Of a stretch of DNA of 64,000 nt, positions 12,401 to 23,663 are shown piece after piece. This stretch comes from Candidatus Hydrogenedentota bacterium (lineage in GTDB: Bacteria > Hydrogenedentota > Hydrogenedentia > Hydrogenedentales > SLHB01). Each line of letters starts with the position of its first letter. Position 1 is the stretch's first letter. Under the pieces are notes generated by a model, which saw only the letters and a program-made list of their open reading frames with translations, was not told where the DNA came from and did no database searches. Both the position numbers and the translations under genes were made by a program. The DNA lies in contig CAVUWV010000027.1 of assembly GCA_963745075.1 (NCBI GenBank), positions 96,001 to 160,000 of the forward strand, in the 5' to 3' direction.

Positions 12401-13794
12401 CGCTTCGATCCAGGAGGCGTTCGACGCCCTGCCTACGGTTGCCTGGCAAAACGATTACACGATCCAAGTTCTGGACACGTCGGCAACCTGGCCCGACGGC
12501 TACGCAGGCGCCCAATCTGTCCGCCGCGACAATCGCCGCGTCCCAGGGGCATCGGTTGACCGTCGCCGGCGAGGGCGGTCGCGCCATCGTGCGAGGCATG
12601 CTGTTGCTCGGCGACGGCGTCGGGTGGAGCAATGGTCGTGCGACCGTGACCTTGCAGTCGTTGTCGTTTGTATCGTCGAATCCCGATAACGCCGTTGCCG
12701 CGAAGTGGCCGGGGCCGGGTTCGATCATTAGTGGCAATTCCTTCGAGAGTCTTTATCGTGGCGTCGACTTGTTTAACGCAGGCTATAACACCGGTTCCGT
12801 GATCGAACGCAACTATTTCAGGCACGTTCAAGAAGCCATCAGCGATAGTGGATACTCTTTTGGTGGAACCGCCGCACAGCCGTTTATCGTCCGGAACAAT
12901 ATTTTCCAGAATTGCTCCGTTAGAATTTTCTACTTGTGGGGCCCCGAGTATACCTATTTCGTCAACAACACCATGTTGAAGGTTAATGGAAGTGTCCGGT
13001 TACATGCGGATCCTACCTTTACGGCTGCAAACAATGTCTTCGATACAATGTACAGCGTTTCGTTGGACGCGTCCGCACATACCCTCGGCGATCTGCTCGG
13101 TTTGGGGGCGCTTTTGGACTGGAACCTGTTTTACGCGGCGCCGATCGCGATAGTCGATCAAAGCAATCCGCAATACTTCAACACGTTGTCCGACTGGCAG
13201 GCCGCGTCAGGCTTCGACACGCATAGTCTGGAAGTGGACCCCTTGCTGGATAAGCTGGGACTGAAGCCCGCGGAGGATACGCAACTTAACCGCTTCAAGC
13301 TGCCACCCGGAAGTCCGGCCATTGATGCAGGAACGACGGTCAATATCCCTTACGGTGCGATCGACTTTTTCGGCAACCCAAGGGTTCAAGGAGGAACCAT
13401 CGATATCGGAGCGGTGGAAGCCGGGGACGGCGATGGTGACGGCATTGCCGACATTACCGAAGGTGTGGGCGATCCAGACGGAGACGGTCTGCCCAACTGG
13501 CTGGATCTCGACAGCGACGGAGATACCATTACGGACCAAGTGGAAACTGCAGCGGATACGGACAACGACGGTATTGCCAATTATCTGGACCTGGACTCGG
13601 ACAACGACGGGGCGAGCGACCAAGCCGAGGTTACCGCCGGCACCGATCCCTATGACCCCGCTGACTATCCTTCCGTCCCGGCCTCCAACACGTATTCCTT
13701 AGCCTTTCTGATTGTTGTGCTGGGTATCGGCGGTGTTTTTGTCCTGCGCCGCGCCGTTCAAGAGTTGAAACGGAAAGACAACGGGCAAATGTAG
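9492..13794 (+). CDS. Large secreted, C-terminally anchored DUF4838-family protein with FN3, beta-helix and Ca-binding DxDxDG repeats; split by four +1 frameshifts (about 1430 aa reconstructed)
   Basis: Signal peptide; [18 protein letters not shown] and YFDAHPDWY (DUF4838-type); FN3 [30 protein letters not shown]; DxDxDG repeats; TM plus basic tail. Frames rejoin by removing one base near 10137 (GGGGG), 10914 (TTTT), 11131 (CC) and 12511 (CCC). Confidence 0.72.
13426..13665 (+). repeat. Thrombospondin type 3-like Ca-binding coding repeats
   Basis: DGDGDGIAD / [18 protein letters not shown] / [18 protein letters not shown] in translation. Confidence 0.7.
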
Positions 13795-13854
13795 CAAATC
13801 ATCGACGATGACGTTGCTTGCGAAGCAAGCCATCAAAGGTTTTTTGGAGGGGGA

Positions 13855-13890
13855 GTGGGGGAACCGTTTCCTCAGAAAAGGTTCCCCCAC
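13855..13890. repeat. GC-rich inverted repeat (terminator- or REP-like) between convergent genes
   Basis: GTGGGGGAACC...GGTTCCCCCAC 11-bp stem extended by TTTC/GAAA. Confidence 0.55.
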
Positions 13891-13908
13891 GTTCGGTTCA
13901 AAATCAAC

Positions 13909-16900
13909 TCACGCGAACTGTACCTTAAACGTCCGTAGCTCATACGGCGTCACGTAAAACGTGATACGGTTCCCTTGAAGTTTCAGGGGCGGTCGTCTTC
14001 TTCCATGAGTCCGCATTCGGCGACGGATTTCGGTTTACGCCCGAACGTCAGGGTGACCTCGCCGCGTTGGCCGTGGGCTTCGTAGAGGCGGACGATGACG
14101 GCGTCGGAATCCTCGTGCTTTTTCACGTGGTCGATGATGACGTTGTCGTTGTCCACACTGGCGAAGGCGCTGACCGGCGGCTGCGACCCGCTGGTCTTAT
14201 GTGACGGCACCGCGATGAGCGGCGTATTGAGCTGGTGGCCTTCGTGCACCGAACCGTTCCGCCAACCCCAAGCGTGGGGGAGAAGCGAGTACGTGAATTC
14301 GTGCGCTCCCTCGTCGGCGTGCGGATCGGGATCGATCGAAGACCGCAGCAGCGACAGCCGCAACACATTCTCCTTCACGTCGTACCCGTACTTGCAGTCG
14401 TTCAGCAGACTCACACCGTAATCGCCTTCCGAAAGATCCGCCCAACGCAACGCCGTATTCTCGAATCGCGCCCGGTCGGACGCGTAATTGGCATGGGTGG
14501 GCCGCTCGATGGTTCCGTATTGGATTTCGTAGGTCGCCCGCGTCGAACGAACGTTCACCGGGAACGCCACTTTTAACAGCACTCGTTTCTCCCACCAATC
14601 CACCTTCGTGATGAAATCGATGCGTGGCGAACTGGCATACAGCGTGACATCCTGCGTGAACGTGCTCTTCTCCGTCTTGCGGACGATGCGCACGGCCGCA
14701 CGGACCGGCCCCGTCTCGATGACCTCGATGCTTTCCGCCGGACCCGGTTCCCACATCAGGTCTTCAAAGTTGTGGTCAATGTCCCATGCGTCATTTTTCC
14801 ACGGCCGGTCGTCGAACAGTTGGAGCACATTTGCACGCGCCCCCTTGGGTAGCACGTCTCGCTGCTCGACTTTGTCGTGGATCTTCGTAAGCGTGCCGTG
14901 CTTGTCGAAGCGGATGCGCACGAAATCGTTCTCCATGCCGGTGCCGGTTGCCCGCAGCAGGCCCGTCGGGTCAGCATGACGCGTGCCGGTCACGACGCGG
15001 TACACCGCATAGCCCAGCGGCGGAACCGCCTTGGCCTCGAAGATGATCGTGTCTTTGCCGATTTGTTGACTGGGCACCGGATTGCCGCCCGTGTCCACGA
15101 CGCAGAACTTCGCAGGCAAGTTGGGTACCGTTACCGTTGCGATGTCATCGCGCACCCAGCTCAGGGAGTTAAACACGATCATCGGGATTCCTTCCCCGTC
15201 CGTGGCAATAGTGCCGAGAACGTGGGCGAGGGCCTCGTCCCGAATGGACGCGATAATCTCCCGTGCTTCCGCGTAATCCTTGTCCGCCTGCGCATAGACT
15301 TCGGTGATGGACGAGCCCGGCAAAATGTCGTGGAACTGATTCGTCAAAACGCGCTTCCACCCCTCCCAAAGCTTGGCGTGGTCGTACTTCCCGCCGCCGA
15401 GGTGGGCGAGCACGCTCAGAAACTCCGCGTCATGCAGCGCGACCTCGCACTTCCGGTTGTTTCGCTTCGTGCGCGCCTGCGTGGTCTGGCAGGCCCGGTG
15501 CAGTTCGAGGTACAGCTCGCCGTTGTACACCGGCAACTCCGCGCGCGCGGTCTTTTTGCGCATACGCTCGACGCAGTCGGACAGACGCCCGAACTCGCAC
15601 TTCGGCACGCCGACGATATTGCTCAACCGCTTCCCGTGCTCGATCATGTTCATCGTCGGACCGCCGCCGCCGTCGCCCCAGCCGAAGGCAAAAGGCAGTT
15701 CGTCCACTTTCTCTTTCTGCTTGAACTGGTTCCACTGGGCGATGCAGTCTTTGGGGATGGGATTCCCGTTGTAGTTCAACGGCGGCATCAGCGCGAAGAT
15801 GCGCGTCCCGTCCGTACCCTCCCATTGGAACATGCTGTACGGGAACTCCGTAAACATGTTCCAGGAGATCTTGGTTGTCACGAACGCGGTGAGCCCCGCC
15901 TTCTTCATGATCTGCGGCAGCGACCAGGTGTACCCGAAGGAATCCGGCACCCATGCAATGTGCGAACGCTTGCCGAATTCGCGTTCGTAGAATCGGTTGC
16001 CATACAGGTATTGGCGAATGAGCGCCTCGCCGGATGGCACGTTATGATCCGGCTCGATCCACGGCGCGCCGCACAACTCCCAACGGCCTTCCTGCACGCG
16101 TTTTTTGATGCGCTTGTATAACTCGGGGTAATAGGTTTTGATCCATTCATACTGCACCGGTTGGCTGCACGAGAAATGAAATTCCGGGTACCGGTCCATC
16201 AAGTTAAGCACCGTCGAGAACGTGCGCGCGCACTTGCGTTTCGTCTCCCGGATCGGCCAGAGCCAGGCCGTGTCGATATGGGCGTGGCCCGCGAGAACCA
16301 GTTTGCCCATTCCGAAGCTGGCTTCGAAATCCTTGAGTCCCGTTCGCAGCGTCCGCTGCGCTTTCTTCAATGACGCGTGATACGAAGCACTTCCTTTCTG
16401 TTGGAGGTCGACACTCCGGACCGACCGGTCCAGCAGCTCCAGGAGTTCGCGAGTGGGCGCATAGTTCAGGTTGAGTTCTTCCGCCACTTCAAGCGCGACC
16501 AATGCGTCCCAGTAGAACTCCCACGCCACCATGTCCATGACCGCGAGGTCCGCGTACCCAAACGTATGGTACAGGTCGAACCGCGTGCTGGGACACGCCT
16601 CCAGCACGATTTCGAAAGTCTCGCCGCCCTTGGCCTTCTCCGTAAGGATCAACTCGTCGCGGTTGCGGTCCAGTCCCTGATACGGTTGGCCGTTGACGTA
16701 CGCCAGTGATTCGCCGCCTTCGTTCACGTCCAAAGGTTCGGTGGTCAGTGAAGTCTGCGCAGCGCAGATCAGCGCGACTACCTTCTCGCCTTTCATGGAC
16801 TGCGGCACGCGCACCTTCATGCGGAACCATGTCGTCTGGTCGAGCCCCCCCCACAGGCCCGGGATCTGAAACGGCTTCCACCCCGATTTCGGCGCGCGTT

Positions 16901-17042
16901 CCGGACCCTTGTCTTTCCCGGTTACGGAATACTCGATAGCGCCGACAGACTGCCGCTTGCTGAATACCGTCCCCTCGATCTCGCGGATTCGCTCGCGTAT
17001 CTGACCGGCTTCGATACGCCGTTCGGAGTCAAAATTGGGCAT
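13909..17042 (-). CDS. Alpha-mannosidase, glycoside hydrolase family 38; frameshift near the 3' end
   Basis: GHAHIDTAWLWP, WVPDSFGY, GWGDGGGGP, GELYLELHR, NQFHDILPGS and LLNDCKYG; adding one C near 13986 restores the typical end LKLQGNRITFYVTPYELRTFKVQFA. Confidence 0.9.
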
Positions 17043-17249
17043 GGAATGCTTCCCCTGGTTGTGGTCCAGATCGGACGCGCCGGTGGTTACAGTTCTTGAC
17101 GGAAATCTCCACCGGGCATGGCTGCGGATTATACGCGATTGAAACGGCACGTACCAAGCTGGATACGACCCTTGAAGCAGGGATGTGGTGGCCCGCGTGG
17201 TCAAAATGCACTTGGTCTATAGAACGGACACAGGTGACACACTTTCGGA

Positions 17250-20040
17250 CTAAAACGTCACTTCCACCGTTACAATCTTCTTCCGCTCCACCGTCACCGA
17301 GAACGTGTTGTCGCGCGGCGCCAGCGGTGCGCCCGGGTATTCCTCCAGATTCAGGAAGCGCGCCGTCCGAACCGGTTTGAAGAACGTCAGGTTCCCCTCG
17401 ATGCGCTCGTTCGTCGGATTGAACATGCGCACGACCAGACCTTCGCCACTCTCCGATCGTTTAAGGGCGCTAAGTACGAGGTTCGCCGGTTCGATACGAA
17501 GGAAGCTGTGCCGCTTGGGCAAGTCGCCGCTGTGGGGGCCGGCCTGTGCCGGTTGAAGCGGCGCGATGAGCCGGTCCACGTTTGCGTAAACGTTCGCCGT
17601 GTCCCAGGAACCCGCGTGCGGGAAAATGAGGTACCGAAACTCGTGTGCTCCCGGACACTGGGACAGTCCCATCTGGGGGCGCACATCCCACCGTTTGCTC
17701 ACCGTCGTCAGGGAAACCTGATACGCGCGCAGCAGTGTAAAAGCGATGGTCCGGTCCGCATCGTCCGTCACCTGGTATTCGCGCAGCCCGTCATTAATGA
17801 TGGCCAGACCCGCTTTCCCGTCGTTTACATCCACGAAACGCAGCATCGGGAATGTGGCGTTGACGCTGCCAAACCACGGACTGTCCGGTCCGAAGACAAC
17901 CTCCCGCTCGACAACGTCAAACGCGGTCTCCGCATGACACACTTTCGTCTGCAACTTGGTCGGGAACATCACGCGAAGGCGATGGTTCTCCGCGTGATTA
18001 ACAAACCGTGTCGCCACCTCAATGGCATTGGCCCTCTTGCGCAACGTGACCGTCGACACGATCGTCAATTCGCGAAGTTCATTGCTGCGCCGGGCGGCAC
18101 TGCCGGCGCCGTCCAAACGCTGCCACGGATTGCCGCCGTTTTCATCCAGACCCGCCGACACCCGCATGCGGTACGTAATGTGATAGCGCGCGAGCAAGGG
18201 CCCGTTTTCGGCCAGCGCGATTTCCACGGGGAATCCCGGACTGGTCACGATGTCGTCCATCGCCGGTTCGATATGCATCCAGGCATGACCCGCTTCTCCC
18301 GAATCTTCAAAATAGTGGAGTCCGTCAAACCGGGCTCCCGTCGCTTTGTGCATCACGTCCAGCGTGCCTTGGGGCGTAATCTCCACGCGAAGATGTTCAT
18401 TCTCCAGCGTGTTGTGCGCGGTCACCAGAGTTCCGCGGGCGAAGGTACCCTCCTCGGTTCAGTTTGTACGATGCGTAGCCAAGGGCGGGCACGTCCCGCA
18501 GTTCGATGTGGCACGTCACCTGCTCGCATTCCATCATCGCCGTGGCATCCGCATCGTGGTTCAGTACGGCGTGGTGCGGTTTTCGGGTGACTGCTTGCAC
18601 GGCGGCAGGTTCGCCCGTTTCTGCGTCCACGAAATCGAACTGTGGTGTCGCACCATCACGCGGCAGGTCCAACACCACGGTTGCCACCTCGGATCGCGAA
18701 TGCGAAGACGCGTTGAATACGGTCAGTAACACGTCGTCAGGCGCTGCGTCCGAATGGTCAATGCGCTTTTGAACCTGTGCCAGACTCCGCCGCGTCAGGC
18801 CACCGGCAATATTGACGACCTGGCGAAGCCGATACGTCATGTCGCGCTCGATCTCGTCCACACCGCTCCCGGCGATGCTGTCGTGAGCGTGGCACTTGAG
18901 GAGCGTCTTCCACGCCAGATCCAGATACCCTGCTGGATACTCGGTCCCCAAGGCCCACGCGATAGCCGCGTACGGCTCGGCCCATCGTTGCAGGTCGCTT
19001 TCGGCGTGTGCGTTCAACCGCTTCATTCGGGTTCGGCTCGAAAGCACGTCGCTGTACAGGTGGATCCGGCCGTCCATGAATTTCGGCGTCCGTCGCTCGC
19101 CCTTCAATACAACGAGATCCTTGGCGGCGCTTTTCACCTTTTCCATCAACATCGGGAGGCTGCTGTGATAAATCGCGCCCTTCGGCACGGCTTCCTGCGC
19201 CGCCTCGATAATTCGTACCGTCACCGGATCCGGCACGCTGCTGTCGTGGCCCATCATGAACGCCAGGTAAGGCGTAGTGGATACTTGCTGTTCCATTGCG
19301 CACAACCGTTGCACACTTTCAACCGCCGTCTTTGCATCAAACGGCTTGCGCGGCACGTCGAGCAGGGCGTGATGATCCAGGCTTTGCTCTTCCCGGCATA
19401 GGCGGAACGGCAATCCGCCCTGCTTCCACGTGCGCATCCGTTCGTGTTGTGTCGTGCCAAACACGACGGGCCGGTACACGTGGAAGTAGAAGTTGTACCG
19501 GGCGCCAGAACTCATCTGCGAGCCGAGGATCTGCGTGCCGTCCGCCCCCTCGAAGATGAATTCGTTAGGCACCTCGTCGTGCGAAACGCCGTGGTAAAAC
19601 AACATCGTATCGATATCGAAACCTTGGTAGATCTGCGGCAACTGCGAGTTCTGGCCATAGGAAAAAGGCGTGTGACCAACTTTCATCACATGACCGAACG
19701 CGCGCGCGACACGATGTCCGTATAGGAGATTCCGCACCAGCGATTCGCCCGGCACGTTGAACGCTTCCGGGCAGGTGTACCAAGGACCGACCAGCAACCG
19801 TTCACTGGAAACATGCCTCGTGATCCGGTCGCGTGCTTCCGGCCGGATCTCCAGGTAATCCTCCAAAGGCACCGCCTGCGAGTCCAATAGAAAGGATGCG
19901 TAGCCAGGCTCATTTTCCAGAACGTCGAGAAGCTTGTCGAGCATCTCGACCAACATCATGCGCGTTTCCTGGAAATCGTAGAGCCACTCCCGATCCCAAT
20001 GCGTGTTCGAAACGACGTGAATCTCGTACTCGTTACCCAT
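17250..20040 (-). CDS. GH38 alpha-mannosidase, mannosylglycerate hydrolase (MngB)-like; frameshift near 18458
   Basis: VSNTHWDREW, LDSQ, LVGPWY, GESLVRNL and HAHDSIAGSG; C-terminal LENEHLRVE...FTLLRA...LSALKRSE continues in the next frame. Confidence 0.85.
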
Positions 20041-20154
20041 TTCCCGCTCCCTCAAGGCCACAATCCTGCGTTGCTGGACGTAAAGCGTACTCCAATGCAG
20101 GTGCAGAAGAAAGGTTCTTTCGATGGCGAGCAAGAGAATTGTTGCGAGGCCAGG

Positions 20155-20322
20155 CTAGCTTCCCTCTCGGCGCTGGCTACCCTTCACTGGCGATTGCGCG
20201 GAGCCGTGGTCCGATTGCATCGATGACGAACCCACCGGGTTGTCGGATTTGCGGGTGCTGCCGCATCCAACGGCTCCAAACACGGCCGCTGCGACTACCA
20301 GAAACGAGAATAGGATCTTCAT
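20155..20322 (-). CDS. Small putative lipoprotein (55 aa)
   Basis: AAGGGAG RBS; MKILFSFLVVAAAVFGAVGC signal with lipobox AVGC; polar tail. Confidence 0.55.
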   Translation of the reverse strand: MKILFSFLVVAAAVFGAVGCGSTRKSDNPVGSSSMQSDHGSAQSPVKGSQRREGS

Positions 20323-20905
20323 TTGTACGTGCTCCCTTGTTACTGCTGGGCGAAACCCAGCCGTCCCCATAGCTGGTCAATACATTCGGAATGTGCGGGA
20401 AAATGTGTCAATGCAAATACCGGTTCCGCCGCTGTAACGGCGAGGGCCGGCCAACTGTACTGTAGATACACCCCGGACCGTGGGCTGTCGGTAGGATGCG
20501 TGTGCGCCGGTCGAGATGTAACGCGGAGATTTATGGCCGTTCCGAACCGGTTCTGTAATCTTTGACCGCAAGCCCGGGTACAAGGTGTTTCCAGGAAGGA
20601 ATGCGCCGCATGCGGTGCGGTTGCTGATGATTGCGCGCCGCACCGGTGCGGAAGGCATGCTGATTTTTCGTCGAGGCGCGGGCGCCAATGTGCTTTCGGG
20701 CAGCGGCGCAGGCGATGAATGGCGAACATTGTGGGTCCGGCTGGGATCGGGTCGCACACGTCACAAGGGGAATAACAGGTCCAGGCCCACTACCCTTTGT
20801 TGCCGGTCCCAGCACGGACGCCACAATGGCATACTATCCCCAAACCGGTGGTTATGCAATGAGGCTTCGTGACACTTAGGGCCGATGTGCGATACGGCGA
20901 TCCGA

Positions 20906-21769
20906 TCAGTAAATCAGTTCCGCCCAGCGGTCGCAGGCCATCAGGTGTTTCTTCAGGCGGAGCCACTTTTCTTCGGATCCCGCCATTTTCGATAGGGCGC
21001 TATCCAGCATGTCGCTGACCTTCTCCAGGCCCGCTACGTAAACGTACGTGTTCACGTCTTGCAGCAACTCCCAGACTTCCGCCGCGTTTTCCGAAAGGGA
21101 CCGTTCCAAATCGATGGGCTCATCAAGGTGCGGCCTCGGGCTCACCGCTTCGAACGCCTTGAAAGTTTCTTTGTCGTAGTAGTTGGCAAGGTCGTTCTTC
21201 TGGTCGTTCATGTAGAGCAGTTCCATGCCGCGCTTGGCGCCATAGAACAACCGGACCTTGCCTTTCCAGTTGCCGACTTCGTCGTAGATGTGTTTGACGA
21301 AAGCCCGGAACGGAGCGATTCCCGTGCCGAGACCGATCATCAGGATATTTGCGGTCGGGTCTTCGGGGAGCGAGAATGCGATACCGTAAGGACCCGTCAG
21401 AGTAATTATATCGCCCGGCTGCAAGTCGCACAGGTAGTTCGACGCGACCCCCGGATACTGTTCGCCGTTGACCTCGTCAATGTAGAAGCATCGTTTCACA
21501 CACAGCGAGATATTGCAGGTTCCCGGCGTTTCGTCCTCGTCGATGCTGGCGACGGAGTAGAGCCGGAAATGGTCCTCGTTTCCGAATTCGTGCGGACCCG
21601 GGACCAGCAAACCGATACTCTGCCCCAGCTTGAAGCTGGACGCCCCGCGGTCGATTTCTAAGACAATGTGCCGGACCTCGTCCGGGTAGTCCGCGGGCGT
21701 AATGCGCGTGCTTTCCAGCACTTTCCCATTGAAGGTGGTTGAAATGTCGAATTCTTGTAGGCGCGCCAT
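20906..21769 (-). CDS. Ferredoxin-NADP+ reductase, plant/PetH-like FNR family
   Basis: RLYSVAS, SLCVKR, GVASNYLCDL, TGPYG, GTGIAPFR and a C-terminal Tyr; AGAGGAG RBS. Confidence 0.85.
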   Translation of the reverse strand: MARLQEFDISTTFNGKVLESTRITPADYPDEVRHIVLEIDRGASSFKLGQSIGLLVPGPHEFGNEDHFRLYSVASIDEDETPGTCNISLCVKRCFYIDEVNGEQYPGVASNYLCDLQPGDIITLTGPYGIAFSLPEDPTANILMIGLGTGIAPFRAFVKHIYDEVGNWKGKVRLFYGAKRGMELLYMNDQKNDLANYYDKETFKAFEAVSPRPHLDEPIDLERSLSENAAEVWELLQDVNTYVYVAGLEKVSDMLDSALSKMAGSEEKWLRLKKHLMACDRWAELIY

Positions 21770-21887
21770 GACCGTACTCTCCTCTGTTCACTCGCGCCTC
21801 CGCGGCGGAGCAGTAAAGGCCCCCGTTGCTGATTCGTTCCCCCGACCCGTTACCAGGCGTACGATAAGCGCCACCCGCCGCTGCGCA

Positions 21888-21916
21888 TTGACATCCACGT
21901 AGCGCTCGGACACACT
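21888..21916 (+). promoter_or_regulatory. Possible sigma70-type promoter for the ADP-ribosylglycohydrolase-fold gene
   Basis: TTGACA-17 nt-CACACT; the -10 box is weak. Confidence 0.3.
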
Positions 21917-21953
21917 TCCCATTTCCCCCCGGACGGGCGCGATCAGTAGCTAT

Positions 21954-21983
21954 ATTTTAGGCGTTTGTGGCTGGGGGTGTCAA
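21954..21983 (-). promoter_or_regulatory. Sigma70-type promoter for the FNR gene
   Basis: TTGACA-18 nt-TAAAAT on the minus strand. Confidence 0.55.
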
Positions 21984-22056
21984 TTGGGCAATTGCCCCGC
22001 CCGCCGCTTTCACAGTACGATTGTGCCACGAATCTATAACCAACACGGAGCCATCT

Positions 22057-23657
22057 ATGAACCTGCAACGCCTCCTGGTCGCCATACTCACAGCATACTT
22101 TGCCGCCATCCCCTTGGCCTACGCCCAATCCGCCGCGACCCTTTCCAAAGCTGACTACCTCGACAAGTGCAAGGGAGCGTGGGCGGGGCAGATGATTGGC
22201 GTGTGCTACGGCGCGCCATACGAATTCCGCTCGAACGGGAAACCCATCACGGACGAACTCAAACCCTGGACCCCGGACCGGGTGGCGGGCGCGATTGGAC
22301 AGGACGATTGCTATGTCGAAATGACCTTTCTCAAAGCGCTGGAAGATCATGGACTCGACATCACCTATGCGGAGGCGGGTAAGGCGTTCGCGGATACGCA
22401 GTATCCATTGTGGCACGCGAACCTGTACGGGCGCGAGAATTGCCGTCGCGGCATTATGCCGCCGCTCTCCGGCTACCCTGCATTTAACCGGCACGCCGAT
22501 GACATCGACTTTCAGATCGAAGCCGACATCTTCGGCATTCTCTGTCCGGGACTGCCACGCGAGTCGAACCGGCTGTGCGATGTCTTCGGCCACATCATGA
22601 ATTACGGCGACGGCGTTTACGGCGGGATGTTTGTCGCGGGCATGTACGCAGAGGCCTATTTCGAAAACGATGATATTCTGCGTGTGGTACAGGCGGGCCT
22701 CGCCTGCATTCCCGAGGAGTCAACTTACGCGCGATGCATCTCGGACGTCATCGCCTGGCATGCCGAGGACCCGCAGGACTGGCTGGCGACGTGGAAGAAG
22801 ATCGAGTCGAAATGGCAGGACGACGTCGACTGTGAGCGGCACAATCCCTTCAACATCGACGCCAAGCTCAACGGGGCCTACATCGTCATGGGCTTGCTAT
22901 ACGGCAACGGCGACTTCGTCAAGACGGCCGAAATCGCTACCCGCTGCGGTCAAGACGCGGACTGCAATCCCTCTAACGCAGTTGGCGTGCTTGGTTGCAT
23001 GAAAGGTTTCGAGGCCATGGGCGACGCATTGACCGGCGGCATCGGCGGCATCGCCGATGGAAAGTTCTCCCACACCGACTATTCCTTCGACACGCTGATA
23101 CCCGCGTGTCAGCGGGTGACCGAATCCATCATACGGCGCGCGGGTGGTTCCGTGGGTCGGACGAATACACAATTCCCCGACAGCCGGCACGACCTCCCGA
23201 TACGCTGGAGCAATGGGTCTATCAGGTTGAAGCGTTGGATGAAGCCTTGCCGCAGAACGTGGTCAATCTTTGGAACCCGGCCTGGCACGTCATCGCCTGC
23301 GGCAGTGACATGGAACCCGGACTACGCAGCGAGGTCTTCGGCCGGAAGGGCGTGCTCGTCCTCCATCCCGTGGACGAGCAGCATCCCGCCGCGTTGATCG
23401 GTTCCTTTGCGGTACCCGGCGGGGCACCACGCTTGGTCATCGAGACCGCTTCTGACAAGCGCGGGGACTATCTGCTCCGGGTGTTCATAAATGAGGAATT
23501 GAAACTCGAACGCGTCATCAATACCGGCGGGGAATGGACGACCGCTACGGTGGACCTGATGCCCTACACCGGAAAGAACATCAACGTCCGCATTGAAAAC
23601 GCCGCCAACGGATGGTCATTCGAGGCCGCATACTTCGCCCGCATCGCCATCGAGTAG
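22057..23657 (+). CDS. Secreted ADP-ribosylglycohydrolase-family protein with C-terminal beta-sandwich; frameshift near 23155
   Basis: Signal peptide ending AYA-Q; DKCKGAWAGQMIGVCYGAPYEF, GQDDCYVE and CGQDADCNPSN; adding one G at GTGGG joins the frames. Confidence 0.78.
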
Positions 23658-23663
23658 CCGTTC

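Noticed and set aside
21931..22005. Possible riboswitch (GGACGGGCG..CGCCCGCC pairing)
   Set aside because: No match to a riboswitch consensus I know, and the segment is explained by an overlapping minus-strand promoter
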